A stretch of DNA of 55,166 nt, taken from a virus. Its lineage: Duplodnaviria; Caudoviricetes. Shown piece by piece: positions 43,784 through 52,970 of the stretch. The notes beneath the pieces were generated by a model that was not told the DNA's origin, ran no database searches, and worked only from the letters and a program-made list of their open reading frames with translations. Position 1 is the stretch's first letter. Each line of letters begins with the position of its first letter. The stretch covers positions 1-55,166 of the IMG/VR virus record IMGVR_UViG_3300032954_000016. One strand, 5' to 3'. The position numbers and the translations under genes were made by a program.

Positions 43784-44172
43784 GCCATCGCCTCCGCGAT
43801 TGCGCGGCAGCTCTCCGGCAGCCTGCCGTCGTCGGTCTCCCGCTCGATGCGCGCCAGGAGCGCCCTGATGAGCTCGTCCTCGTTGCCGGCGGCGCCGACG
43901 CAGACGAACCCGTCGGACGGGGTGAACAAGCCGGCCAGCCAGCCGTTGAACCAGACCGCCATCTCGAACGGCCTGAGGTCGGCGGCCATGCAGCCGTCGG
44001 GCTCGGCGCGCACCGGCTCGCGGTGGCCGTTGGCGGCCACGACCCATAGGCGGTCGACCTGGCACACCCACGCGCCTGGGAGCTGGTTGATTTTCGAGAC
44101 CTTGAGCTGTCCGGCCAGCTCGGCCACGAGCGAGTACACCACCGGCAGCCGCTTGACGTCCGGGGCGCTCAC
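43780..44172 (-). CDS. Hypothetical protein
   Basis: GTGA-coupled; VWFNGWLAG motif. Confidence 0.6.
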   Translation of the reverse strand: MSAPDVKRLPVVYSLVAELAGQLKVSKINQLPGAWVCQVDRLWVVAANGHREPVRAEPDGCMAADLRPFEMAVWFNGWLAGLFTPSDGFVCVGAAGNEDELIRALLARIERETDDGRLPESCRAIAEAMA

Positions 44173-44723
44173 GCGACCAGCTCCACGAGTATGCGACGGC
44201 CCTGCATGGCGCCGACGCAGTTGAACACGGCCTCCAGCGCCCGCTCGACCCGCGGGCGATCCTCCTCCCGGAACGGCGGGTCCTCCTGGAGGGTAATCGT
44301 CAGCCGGCTCGCCTCGCTGGACACCCGGCGCACGTCGAACTGGAACTCGTCGAAGATGGACTCCAGCGCCCGGCCGACCGCGGCCTCGAACGGCGCCTGG
44401 TCCCACGGCTCGGCCGCGGCCTGGCGCCGGCGCACCGCCCCGTTGGCGGGCGCGGAGTGCCGCTTGTCGAGGATGACCTCCACGCCGGACAGGCCCCGCC
44501 GCGCCCCGGCCAGGGCGGCCAGGAGCTGGAGCGCCTCCAGCATCGAGCGGTGCTTGCCGAGGACCGCGCCGTAGTCGACCTGGTTGACCGAGACGGTCAG
44601 GACCGGCCGGCGCTCGGACGGCGCCAGCTCGACCCGCACGTCGCCGGGCCGCTCGCACATGGCCCCGAGCAGCCGCTCGACCGCCTGGCGGACCTCCTCC
44701 TGTGAGTCGGTGGTGGTTATCAT
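44169..44723 (-). CDS. KH-domain RNA-binding protein (KhpA/YlqC-like)
   Basis: RPGDVRVE...VNQVDYGAVLGKHRSMLEALQLL resembles D.G.vIGk.Gr...AlR. Confidence 0.7.
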   Translation of the reverse strand: MITTTDSQEEVRQAVERLLGAMCERPGDVRVELAPSERRPVLTVSVNQVDYGAVLGKHRSMLEALQLLAALAGARRGLSGVEVILDKRHSAPANGAVRRRQAAAEPWDQAPFEAAVGRALESIFDEFQFDVRRVSSEASRLTITLQEDPPFREEDRPRVERALEAVFNCVGAMQGRRILVELVA

Positions 44724-44917
44724 TTCGGCAGCACCATTTTCTTTCCGTAGCGGCCCTTGATGAACTCCAGCACGTCGGTGTAGGCCTTCACCTTGCCGGC
44801 TAGCATGGCCTTCTGCCGGCCGGCCTCCTCGGTGTTCCGGGCGGCGCGGCACCGCCGCTGGTTCTTGAGCGTCCAGAGGTAGACCGCGCCGACCACTTCC
44901 TGTGATTGAATGGTCAT
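44720..44917 (-). CDS. Small hypothetical protein
   Basis: ATGA-coupled on both sides. Confidence 0.55.
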   Translation of the reverse strand: MTIQSQEVVGAVYLWTLKNQRRCRAARNTEEAGRQKAMLAGKVKAYTDVLEFIKGRYGKKMVLPK

Positions 44918-45573
44918 TGCTGCCTCGCCTTCATCTTCGCCGTCATGTTCTTGAGGCCGGCCAGTGTCGTCTCGACGGCCTCGCCGCCGGCGCTGATGGT
45001 CACCTTGGTCTCGTCCTCGCCGCCGTAGGCCGCGGCCGCCGGCTCCAGTATCTCCGGCCACAGCATCTGCGCCGAGGCCTGCATTATCTGGCGCGCCTGC
45101 TGGCGCTCGATGGAGTGCTCGCCGTGCCGGGCGGCCACCGCCGTGAACCAGCCGAACTCGTGGTCGTGCGGCCGCAGCTCCACCACCGGGCGGCCGCAGG
45201 CGTCCTTGACCGGCGTCTTGCCGTCGTCCTCGAAGCCGACGCAGAAGTGCATCAGCTCGTGGTCCAGCAGCGCCCGCTGCTCCGCGGCCTTGGCCTCGGC
45301 CCACCAGTCGCCGTCGAGCGCCACCTCGCAGTCGGCGCGCCCGAGCGCCCGGTCCTTGAGGCTGGTCTTGCGGGCGATGCCGTAGGCGCGCCGGCCGTGC
45401 TTGGTCAGCGCGTGGCCGGTCTTGTCGCCCGCCTCGTCGGTCCCCGCGAACGCGAAGACCAGGTCGAAGGTGACGCGGGCGTCCAGCAGCGGCCGGTGCT
45501 CGGGGTACTTGACCAGCACCTCGTTGGCCAGGCTCCGCACGTCGGAGCCGCACTTCTTCCAGGTGGTTCCCAT
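44914..45573 (-). CDS. Phage putative metallopeptidase
   Basis: RALLDHELMH (HEXXH) and LRPHDHE motifs. Confidence 0.8.
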   Translation of the reverse strand: MGTTWKKCGSDVRSLANEVLVKYPEHRPLLDARVTFDLVFAFAGTDEAGDKTGHALTKHGRRAYGIARKTSLKDRALGRADCEVALDGDWWAEAKAAEQRALLDHELMHFCVGFEDDGKTPVKDACGRPVVELRPHDHEFGWFTAVAARHGEHSIERQQARQIMQASAQMLWPEILEPAAAAYGGEDETKVTISAGGEAVETTLAGLKNMTAKMKARQQ

Positions 45574-45586
45574 GGGTTCTCCTTTT

Positions 45587-45829
45587 TCAGTCGAGTTGCG
45601 GTTTGTCCACGCCCAGCCACTGCGGCTGGAGCGGGTGGTTGAAAGTCAGGACCTGGTGCCAGAGCGCGCCGCGCCAGAGCAGCTTGAGCCGCTCGCGCCA
45701 CGTCAGCCTCCAGCAGAACGTCGCCGTCCCGGTCTCGTCGTGCTCCGAGCGGTGCGCCGGCGCCGCCAGGTACTCGGGCTGGTTTTCGGCGTAGGTCACG
45801 GTCGCCTCGGGGAATTTCACCATCTTCAT
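45587..45829 (-). CDS. Conserved phage-type hypothetical protein
   Basis: AENQPEY..PAH...CWRLTWRER...TFNHPLQP. Confidence 0.75.
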   Translation of the reverse strand: MKMVKFPEATVTYAENQPEYLAAPAHRSEHDETGTATFCWRLTWRERLKLLWRGALWHQVLTFNHPLQPQWLGVDKPQLD

Positions 45830-45875
45830 GGGTTGCCTTTCGGTTGTTCGTTGTCGGTCTCAGCTAACGCGGCGC

Positions 45876-45904
45876 ATTCTACGCGGCGCGGCGCCGAGGG
45901 TCAA
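45876..45904 (-). promoter_or_regulatory. sigma70-type promoter TTGACC-17-TAGAAT
   Basis: AAAAAACGC-TTGACC family member. Confidence 0.85.
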
Positions 45905-45919
45905 GCGTTTTTTCGCCGG

Positions 45920-46375
45920 TCAAAACGGGACGTCGTCGCCCTCGTCCGGCAAGGCGCCGTCGTTGTCGCTCGGCTCCGGCGCCGGCTGCGCGGTTCGCGG
46001 CGGCGTCTCGGCGCCTTGGCCCTTCGGCGCCGCCCCCTCAGGCGCCCCGCCGAGGAACAGCACGCGCTCGCACACCACGCCGAGCCGGCTCTTCTTCTGG
46101 TGGGTCTGCTTGTCCTCCCACTGGTCCAGCTTGAGCCGGCCCTCGACCATCGCCTGCCGGCCCTTCTTGAGGTACTGGGCGACGTTCTCGGCGGTCTTGC
46201 CCCAGCAGTCCACGTCCACGAACACCACCTCCTCGCGCTTCTCGCCGGTGTCGGTCGTCCAGACGCGGTTCATCGCCAGGCCGAACTTGGCCACCGCGCT
46301 GCCCTTCGGGGTGTAGCGCAGCTCGGGGTCGCGGGTCAGGTTTCCCAGCAGTATCACTTTGTTCATGCTTGCCAT
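45920..46375 (-). CDS. ssb: Single-stranded DNA-binding protein
   Basis: MNKVILLGNLTRDPELRYT...YLKKG..VEGRL...DDVPF. Confidence 0.97.
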   Translation of the reverse strand: MASMNKVILLGNLTRDPELRYTPKGSAVAKFGLAMNRVWTTDTGEKREEVVFVDVDCWGKTAENVAQYLKKGRQAMVEGRLKLDQWEDKQTHQKKSRLGVVCERVLFLGGAPEGAAPKGQGAETPPRTAQPAPEPSDNDGALPDEGDDVPF

Positions 46376-46404
46376 ACGTTTTTCCTTTCTTGGTTGTCGG
46401 TTGC

Positions 46405-46812
46405 TCAGTCCGCGGCGGTGCGCCGCATCAAGTCCAGTATCCTCGGCGGCGTCTCCTGCGCGCCGGCCCGGTGGCCGCCGTTGTTGTCCGACCGCTCCAC
46501 CGACCAGTAGTGCCAGCACCCGCACGCCCGGCAGCGCCACAGCTCCTTGATCGGCGGGTGGCTGTTGGCCTCGTTGAAGGCCTTGGCCTCCGCCTCGCCA
46601 TCGAAGCCCGGCAGGTTGGCCTCGTCGCATATCGGCGGGCAGCCGCGGAACCGCCTCTCCAGCGGCAGCGGCGGGCCCGGGCGGTAGCCGGTGTTCACGC
46701 GCCGGACCGGCGGCTGCGGGCGCTCGCGGCGCGGCAGGGGCGGCAGCGGCGCGTAGTCGGCGGGCTCGCGGGCCGCCGGCGTGGCGAACAGGTCCAGCTG
46801 GGTGGCTTTCAT
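46405..46812 (-). CDS. Hypothetical protein with Cys motif
   Basis: ATGA-coupled to dnaB; WRCRACGCWH. Confidence 0.6.
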   Translation of the reverse strand: MKATQLDLFATPAAREPADYAPLPPLPRRERPQPPVRRVNTGYRPGPPLPLERRFRGCPPICDEANLPGFDGEAEAKAFNEANSHPPIKELWRCRACGCWHYWSVERSDNNGGHRAGAQETPPRILDLMRRTAAD

Positions 46813-48113
46813 CGCTCGGCCGGCTCCTCCCCGCCGTCGGCCTTGGCGGCGCTGACGATCCTCGTGTACTCCTTGAGGAACGTCAGCGGCACCTGGCCGG
46901 TCGCGCCGTCGCGGCACTTCTCGACCCGCAGCCGGACCGGCTGGATGCTCGGCTGCCACTCGCCCTCGTTCTCCACCTTCCAGACCGTGTCGGCATCCTG
47001 GCCGATGGCCCGCGACTCGCGCAGCTTGCCGTCGTCGGTGAGCTGCGAGAGCGCCACCACCGGGATGTCCAGCTCCAGCGCCATCGCCTTGAGCCCTTTG
47101 GACACCGACGATATCTCCTGCTCGCGGTTGTCGCCGACGCCGGTCAGGAGCTGGATGTAGTCCACGACCACCAGCCGGACGCCGTGCCGCTGCCGGAGCC
47201 GACGGGCGGCGGCGCAGACCTGGCCGATGGACAGGCGGCTGGCCTGCTCGATGTGCAGCGGCGCCGACGCGAGCGAGGCGGCGGCCTTGCCCATCAGTCC
47301 GAGGTGCTTCTCGCAGACCTTGTGGAAGTTGACCCGCGCTTCTGAGCAGATGGACCGGACCACGAGCTGGACCGGCCGCATCTCGGCCGAGAACACCGCG
47401 GCCGGGACCGACTGGAGCGCGTTGTGGACCGCGATGTTGACCGCCAGCGCCGTTTTGCCGGTCGACGGGAACCCGGCCAGCACGACCATTTCGCCGGGGT
47501 GCAGCCCGTCGGTCAGCCGATCCAAGTCAGGCAGCCCGGTCGGCAGCCCGGTCAGCGCGCCGCCGAGCCGGATGCGGGTCTCTATCCGCTCGATGGCGGC
47601 CTGCACCAGCTCGCGGATGCCGGCCCCGTCGCGGCCCTGCGGCTGTATCGCCAGCACGCGGCGCTCGCAGCGGTCCAGCACGTCCTCGGCCGCGTCGGCC
47701 GAGCCATAGGCGTCCTGGATGGCCTCGGTGCAGACCGCGATTATCCGGCGCAGCACGAACTTCTCGCGCACCTGGTCCAGGTAGTAGGGCAGGTTGGCCG
47801 CGCTCGGGACCGAGTCGAGGCACTTGTCCAAGAACAGGGCCAGCGCGTCGACGTCGGCGACGTCCCGGTCCTTGAGCCACTGGCGCACCGAGACGACGTC
47901 CGTCTCCTCGGGGACCTGCGACTGGATGGCCTGCCACGCCACCTGGCAGCGGGCGTCGTAGAAGAAGTCCTTGGTGGTCACCACCTCCTGCACCGCCGGC
48001 ACGCAGTCCAGCGGCGCCAGCAGGCAGCACCCGATGACCGCGGCCTCGGCGTCCGCCGCGTGCGGCGGCAGCCGGTCGAGCCGGGCCGGCCTGATGGTTC
48101 CGTTGCGGGTCAT
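46809..48113 (-). CDS. dnaB: Replicative DNA helicase
   Basis: LPPHAADAE, AGFPSTGKT, SAEM, VDYIQL, LSQL, LRESRAIGQDAD. Confidence 0.96.
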   Translation of the reverse strand: MTRNGTIRPARLDRLPPHAADAEAAVIGCCLLAPLDCVPAVQEVVTTKDFFYDARCQVAWQAIQSQVPEETDVVSVRQWLKDRDVADVDALALFLDKCLDSVPSAANLPYYLDQVREKFVLRRIIAVCTEAIQDAYGSADAAEDVLDRCERRVLAIQPQGRDGAGIRELVQAAIERIETRIRLGGALTGLPTGLPDLDRLTDGLHPGEMVVLAGFPSTGKTALAVNIAVHNALQSVPAAVFSAEMRPVQLVVRSICSEARVNFHKVCEKHLGLMGKAAASLASAPLHIEQASRLSIGQVCAAARRLRQRHGVRLVVVDYIQLLTGVGDNREQEISSVSKGLKAMALELDIPVVALSQLTDDGKLRESRAIGQDADTVWKVENEGEWQPSIQPVRLRVEKCRDGATGQVPLTFLKEYTRIVSAAKADGGEEPAER

Positions 48114-48832
48114 CAGAAGTTCCCTCCCACCGGGCGGTCGGCCGCCGGCCGCCGGCTCCGGGCCGCCGTCTCGTCATTGAGCTCGAACTGTATCTCGTTG
48201 AAGTGCGTGGCGAGCTGGTGGATGTCCGTCAGGCGCTGGCACCAGTAGCCGGCGGTGTTCCTCCACGCCCGCGCCACGACGTCCATCAGGTCGTCGGCCG
48301 TCGCGCCCGGCTCGTCGAGCAGCTCCTTGACGGCTTTGCCGTCGCGGCCGCCGTTGAACTTGTAGGCGCGCTTGAACTTCTTCTCATAGCCAGCTTGCCA
48401 GAGCCGCATGAAGCACTGGTGCTCGGACTCGGGCGCCGCTTGCGGCGCAAAAGTTGACGGTTCAATTGACGGTTCCTTATGGTTAGGCCCAACGGCGTTG
48501 GGGGTTGGACCCAACGGCGTTGGGGGTTTACCCTCAACGTTATTGGGGGTTGGAGCCATCCGTGAACCCTCAACGGAGTTGGGGGTTACGGTATATCGGT
48601 TCGACTTCCTGCCGGCGCTGCGCTCGACCTCGATATGGCCGGCCTTGACCAGCTTTTTGACCTGGTTTCGGACGCCTTGGTCGGTCAAGTCGCACTTCGC
48701 GGCCAGGGTCTCCATTGATGGCCAGCAGAGTCCTTGATCGTTGGCGTTGTCGGCGAGGGCCAAGAGGACGAGTTTCTCAGTGCAATTTCCGCAAGGTGTT
48801 TCCCACACACGAGCCATTATCTTGATGCTCAT
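48113..48832 (-). CDS. Phage replication initiator (N-terminal wHTH, lambda O-like arrangement)
   Basis: KLVLLALADNANDQGLCWPSMETLA; coupled to dnaB; internal iterons. Confidence 0.85.
   Translation of the reverse strand: MSIKIMARVWETPCGNCTEKLVLLALADNANDQGLCWPSMETLAAKCDLTDQGVRNQVKKLVKAGHIEVERSAGRKSNRYTVTPNSVEGSRMAPTPNNVEGKPPTPLGPTPNAVGPNHKEPSIEPSTFAPQAAPESEHQCFMRLWQAGYEKKFKRAYKFNGGRDGKAVKELLDEPGATADDLMDVVARAWRNTAGYWCQRLTDIHQLATHFNEIQFELNDETAARSRRPAADRPVGGNF
48490..48587. repeat. Four 17-bp iterons CAACGNNRTTGGGGGTT (probable replication origin)
   Basis: Copies at ~48490, 48512, 48535, 48571 inside initiator gene. Confidence 0.8.
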
Positions 48833-48968
48833 AGTCCCCAAAAAATCGGCCGCTGGGTTCGTGGTCAAAACTTGGGGCGGCGCCCTGCAGCCTTTCGGCT
48901 CACGAAATCCAACGGCCAAATCAAACTTGAGTCTTCCGCATTTGAGGTTTTGACGCCTCAACGCGCCG

Positions 48969-48997
48969 AAATTATTTGATGCCTTTCGCAACGTCAA
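48969..48997 (-). promoter_or_regulatory. Promoter TTGACG-17-TAATTT for replication genes
   Basis: A8 tract upstream; 17-bp spacer. Confidence 0.65.
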
Positions 48998-49012
48998 GCC
49001 TTTTTTTTGGGC

Positions 49013-49225
49013 TCACCACCACGCCGGCTGCGGCGCCTGCTTGTATTCGACCGAGACCGTCCAGCCGGCGGGGTCGCGCCGCGTCTTGGCCCGGCCGCGC
49101 TTATCGCGCCCGACCACGACCGCCTGGCCGGCCTCCATCCCGAGGATGACCAGCTCGCCGCGTCGGCGGCGGGCATCCAGCTCCAGGAGGCCGTCGCCGG
49201 TCACGTGGAAAGTGGTCGCGCTCAC
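49013..49225 (-). CDS. Small hypothetical protein
   Basis: GTGA-coupled ORF. Confidence 0.5.
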   Translation of the reverse strand: MSATTFHVTGDGLLELDARRRRGELVILGMEAGQAVVVGRDKRGRAKTRRDPAGWTVSVEYKQAPQPAWW

Positions 49226-49443
49226 TTGAGAACTCCGAGCGCCTTGAAGCCGATCATGATAGAGTCGGGTGTCGGTATCGGTTTATCCAGCGGCCGCCAC
49301 AGGTGCAGGCATCCGGGGTGGTTGTTCACGTACTCCTTGGCCGGCGGATGGAACTGGACCACCCAGTCGTCCGGCTCGAAGAACAGGTCACGCACGGCGC
49401 ACATGACCGGCCTTGACGGCCATACAGACCTTGATAAACACAT
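49222..49443 (-). pseudogene. DUF7694-like protein, apparently N-terminally truncated
   Basis: MCAVRDLFF...VVQFHPPAKEYVNNHPGCLHLWRP present, but the upstream HVSVS/PTW part is replaced by lower-GC sequence. Confidence 0.5.
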
Positions 49444-49570
49444 TCTGCGCCATGTGCGCGGGCGGTGGCTGAGCTGATTTATGTAATGGGAACGACATGC
49501 GCCAAGCGAACAGCGCGGCCGCTACCAGCAACGCGAGCACAAATATAATTTCGAGTATCTTTACTTTCAT
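49388..49570 (-). CDS. Small membrane protein
   Basis: MKVKILEIIFVLALLVAAALFAW; AGGAG RBS. Confidence 0.6.
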   Translation of the reverse strand: MKVKILEIIFVLALLVAAALFAWRMSFPLHKSAQPPPAHMAQNVFIKVCMAVKAGHVRRA

Positions 49571-49580
49571 TGGTCTCCTT

Positions 49581-49769
49581 TCAATTGTAGAGCAACCAAG
49601 CCAGCCATATACCCAGCAGTAAGCAGCCGACCAGGACATGCGCCCAAAAGGCGCCGCGCAGGAACGGCTTGAACTGGTGTAGGTTGATGGCGGCCACGGC
49701 CACGAACACCATGATGGTGATGTAGAACCAGGCCACCATGAACCAGACCGACGCCTCGTGGTGGCTCAT
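49581..49769 (-). CDS. Two-TM membrane protein
   Basis: Two hydrophobic helices; ATGA-coupled. Confidence 0.6.
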   Translation of the reverse strand: MSHHEASVWFMVAWFYITIMVFVAVAAINLHQFKPFLRGAFWAHVLVGCLLLGIWLAWLLYN

Positions 49770-51610
49770 GCTTTCCTCCTCGCCGCCGGGTCGAGCGGCA
49801 CGCTGTCCGAGTCGCGGTCGTTATCCTCTGGCGTCCCGGCCGCCGCGACGGCGAACCGGCTCGGCGTGCGCTTGTTGAGCTTCCACGCGGCGAAGTCGCC
49901 GGGGCGCTCGGCGCACCAGCTCATGTGGACCTCCAGCCGCGCCCGGGTGACCGCGACGTAGGCCAGCCGCAGCTCCTCGTCCAGCGCCGCGCCGGCCTTG
50001 GCGCCCGGCCACGACTCGTCCTCGAACGCGGGCAGGAACACGTGGTCGAACTCCAGCCCCTTGGCCGAGTGGACCGTGCCGAGGTGGACCCGGCCCCGCG
50101 GCGGCTCGGGCTCGCGGGCCTGCGCGGCCAGCAGCAGGTCCGGCAGCGAGCATGGGAGCGGGACGCGCTCCGCCAGCCTCTTGAGCCAGTCCTGCGCCAT
50201 GCGGAAGTCGATGCGGCCGCGCAGCGCGTTGCACGGGCCGCCGCCGAGGAAGTTGTGCGCCAGGTGCCGGATGTTTTCCGGCTCGGTGACGAGCTGGACG
50301 CAGTCGAGGTCGAAATTGAGCAGCGAGGAGACGCTGGTCAGCTTCTTGGCGGCCTCGGCCATCAGCCCGGCGGCGTTGCCGCCTGCCACCTTCACCAGGT
50401 TGAGCGTGATCCGGTCGTTGTGCGGCGCGCACATGGCGCGCAGCAGCGCCAGGGCCAGCCGCTCGTCGTCGCCCGGCTTCTCCGGCCGCGCCTCCAGCTT
50501 GACGCCGAACGGAAGCAGGGCGGCGCGGAACAGCTCGACCTGCCGGTTGTAGCGCAGCAGGACCGCCGTGGTGGCCTCCGGCGGCAGCGCGGCGATGGCG
50601 CACGCCACCGCGCTCACCTCGCTCGCGGCGTCAGGCATGGCCGTCAGCCGCACCGCGCCCTCGGGGGCGCCTGTGGCGCAATCCTGGCGCGGTAGCAGGC
50701 GGTTGGCGGCGGCGACCACGGCCTGCGAGGACCGGAAGTTGACCGACACCGGCGCCTGGACGAAGCCGGGGTCCATGGCAGCCCGGTCGAAACCGGCCAC
50801 CGAGGAGCCGCGGAAGCCGTAGATGGCCTGCCGCCGGTCCCCGACGTAGAACCGGGTCTGGACGGCCAGCGCCCCGTAGAGGCGCTCGTCGGCCGGCGCC
50901 GAGTCCTGGTACTCGTCCACCAGCAGGTGCTTGAACGGCGCGACCTCAGGGTGCATGGCCAACAACCGGCAGCCCATCGCCAGCAGCGCGTCGTAGGACA
51001 GCTCGCCGGACTGGAGCATCTGACGGATGAACTCATGGGCGACGATGTGGCCGGTCGAGACCGGGTAGTTGTCAACCTCGAGCAGCATCGAGACGAACCC
51101 CTTGATGGCTTTCATGCTGGCCTTGACCTTGAACGACTTGGCGAGCGCCTCCAGCGCCGCGTCGGACTCCTCCTCGGACATGACCGTCACCTCGGGCGGC
51201 AGGCCGACCAGGTGGCCGTGCCGGCGCAGCAGCTTGAGGCACAACGCATGAATTGTTCCACAATGACCGAGGCGCACAGGATGCGTCTCGCAGGTCAGCG
51301 AGTGAAACGCGCCCGGTTCAACCATAGTTCCGTGCGGCGTCTGGTAGGATGACGGTGGCAGGAACTCGGCAGTTGCGGTCATGTGAGCGCGCTTGCTCTC
51401 CTCGACACTGGCGAGGCGGTCTTGAAGCTCCTTGGCGGCGGCATTGGTGAACGTAACGACGCAGAGGTCGTCGGCACTCGCTCCTTGATCCATCAGCCAT
51501 ATGGCGCGCTCGACGAGCACACGGGTCTTGCCGCTGCCTGCTGCTGCGGCGCACAGCGTCCGCGGCGCTGAACTGTGGGCGGCGGCGAGCTGCTGGGAGG
51601 TTAAATTCAT
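49766..51610 (-). CDS. UvrD/Rep/PcrA family SF1 helicase
   Basis: AAAGSGKT, TFTNAAA, VDEYQD, VGDRRQAIYGFRG, NFRS, TVHSAKGLEF, YVAVTRAR. Confidence 0.95.
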   Translation of the reverse strand: MNLTSQQLAAAHSSAPRTLCAAAAGSGKTRVLVERAIWLMDQGASADDLCVVTFTNAAAKELQDRLASVEESKRAHMTATAEFLPPSSYQTPHGTMVEPGAFHSLTCETHPVRLGHCGTIHALCLKLLRRHGHLVGLPPEVTVMSEEESDAALEALAKSFKVKASMKAIKGFVSMLLEVDNYPVSTGHIVAHEFIRQMLQSGELSYDALLAMGCRLLAMHPEVAPFKHLLVDEYQDSAPADERLYGALAVQTRFYVGDRRQAIYGFRGSSVAGFDRAAMDPGFVQAPVSVNFRSSQAVVAAANRLLPRQDCATGAPEGAVRLTAMPDAASEVSAVACAIAALPPEATTAVLLRYNRQVELFRAALLPFGVKLEARPEKPGDDERLALALLRAMCAPHNDRITLNLVKVAGGNAAGLMAEAAKKLTSVSSLLNFDLDCVQLVTEPENIRHLAHNFLGGGPCNALRGRIDFRMAQDWLKRLAERVPLPCSLPDLLLAAQAREPEPPRGRVHLGTVHSAKGLEFDHVFLPAFEDESWPGAKAGAALDEELRLAYVAVTRARLEVHMSWCAERPGDFAAWKLNKRTPSRFAVAAAGTPEDNDRDSDSVPLDPAARRKA

Positions 51611-51652
51611 ATCTTGCCTTTCGGTTGTCGGTTTTCGGTTGTTTCGCGGCGC

Positions 51653-51681
51653 ATTGTAGCCGGCCCCGCGGCGGCGGTCAA
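51653..51681 (-). promoter_or_regulatory. sigma70-type promoter TTGACC-17-TACAAT
   Basis: AAAAAACGC-TTGACC family member. Confidence 0.85.
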
Positions 51682-51691
51682 GCGTTTTTTC

Positions 51692-52324
51692 TCAGGTCGA
51701 AGTGAAGCTGAACCACCCGGCGCTCCCGCCGGCCATCTGCCGCACGGTCAACCCGCCGGGCATCCTGTGCTCGACCGGCTCGACCTCGTAGCCCGCCAGC
51801 AGCGCGAGCATGCGCTCGCCCTTCTCCAGCGCGGCCTCGGAGGCGGCGGCCTGCCGGCGGTGGTCGGCCGCGAGGTTCCGCAGCGCCTCGGCGAGCACGT
51901 TCGGACCGGCCTTGGCCTTGACGCGCCCGGCCAGCTTGTCCAGCCGCGCCGCTTCGGCCCTCGCCGCCCGCGCCTGCTCCTTGAGCTGGCGCATCTGCGA
52001 CGCCACGCTGGCCCTCGCGGCGTCCAGCGGATCCATGTGGTCGGCGCAGTTCGCCGCGCACTGGAGGAACAGGGTCACCACCTCGCGCACCAGGTCGTCG
52101 GGCCGCGGCGGGGAGGCGTCGCCGGTCTCGTCGTACCGCTTCCGGCGCGCCGGGTCGCTCAGCACCATGTAGGCGCCGTTGACCCGGCGGAACTCCTCGG
52201 GGTCGCCGCCCGCGTCCGGGTGCGTGCGCTTGGCCGCCCGGCGGTGCGCTTTGCGGACCTGCTCTGGCGTCGCGTCACGCGCCACGCCGAGCGCCGCGTA
52301 GGGGTCGTCACTTGGCTTTGTCAT
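51692..52324 (-). CDS. DnaJ (J-domain) co-chaperone-like protein
   Basis: DPYAALGV...HPDAGG...AYMVLSDPARRKRYD. Confidence 0.92.
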   Translation of the reverse strand: MTKPSDDPYAALGVARDATPEQVRKAHRRAAKRTHPDAGGDPEEFRRVNGAYMVLSDPARRKRYDETGDASPPRPDDLVREVVTLFLQCAANCADHMDPLDAARASVASQMRQLKEQARAARAEAARLDKLAGRVKAKAGPNVLAEALRNLAADHRRQAAASEAALEKGERMLALLAGYEVEPVEHRMPGGLTVRQMAGGSAGWFSFTST

Positions 52325-52568
52325 GGCGGAGTCGGTGATGAAAGAATATCTGCTCAGCGACGTGCCTGGCGAAGGCGTCCACGGCCGCCATGTCGTCGGC
52401 CAGCAGCACGAGCTCGTCCACCTCGAACACGACCTTGTAGTGGTGCGCGGCTCGCAGGTGGCCGCATTGGACGCGCATCAGCGCGACCGCGGCCTTCTGG
52501 TAGCGCTCGCGCTCCTCCTCAAGCGCCGCGGTCGCCGCCACCCTCGCGGCCAGCGCCTCGGCCCGCAC
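52308..52568 (-). CDS. Hypothetical protein
   Basis: ORF track; start uncertain. Confidence 0.45.
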   Translation of the reverse strand: MRAEALAARVAATAALEEERERYQKAAVALMRVQCGHLRAAHHYKVVFEVDELVLLADDMAAVDAFARHVAEQIFFHHRLRHDKAK

Positions 52569-52631
52569 CTCGGACGGCAGTACGAACAGCCGCCGGCGGC
52601 GGAGGCGGGAGAGGGATTGAAGCAGTTTTTT

Positions 52632-52970
52632 TCACTTGGCGAGGTCTCCTTCCCAATGCGCGCCGGCCGGCAGTTTTATTTTGAGCAGTCTTGGCCTCCA
52701 GTCTGGCAAGTAGCCGACTGTCATTTTCTGAACCCAGCCAGGCTCGTCGGCCTGCTCGGCGGGTATTATACCGGCGACCATACCACTCGACTTTCCTGGC
52801 AGCTCCAGCGAGTGGATAATGCCCTCCAGGCCGTTGGCGAAGCACAGGCCGTTCTTCAGCGCCCACTCTTTGCAGGCGGCGTAGTTCTCAAGCGCGGTGG
52901 CGTAGCTGCCGGACTCGAACACGACGGTCGACAGCAACGCACCATCCACGGCTTCGATATCGTTGTTCAT
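52632..52970 (-). CDS. Hypothetical protein
   Basis: ATGA-coupled, AGGAG RBS. Confidence 0.6.
   Translation of the reverse strand: MNNDIEAVDGALLSTVVFESGSYATALENYAACKEWALKNGLCFANGLEGIIHSLELPGKSSGMVAGIIPAEQADEPGWVQKMTVGYLPDWRPRLLKIKLPAGAHWEGDLAK

Noticed and set aside
48833-48968. tRNA or structured ncRNA in the leader of the initiator gene
   Set aside because: No cloverleaf or T-loop motif; a regulatory leader cannot be excluded but is unsupported
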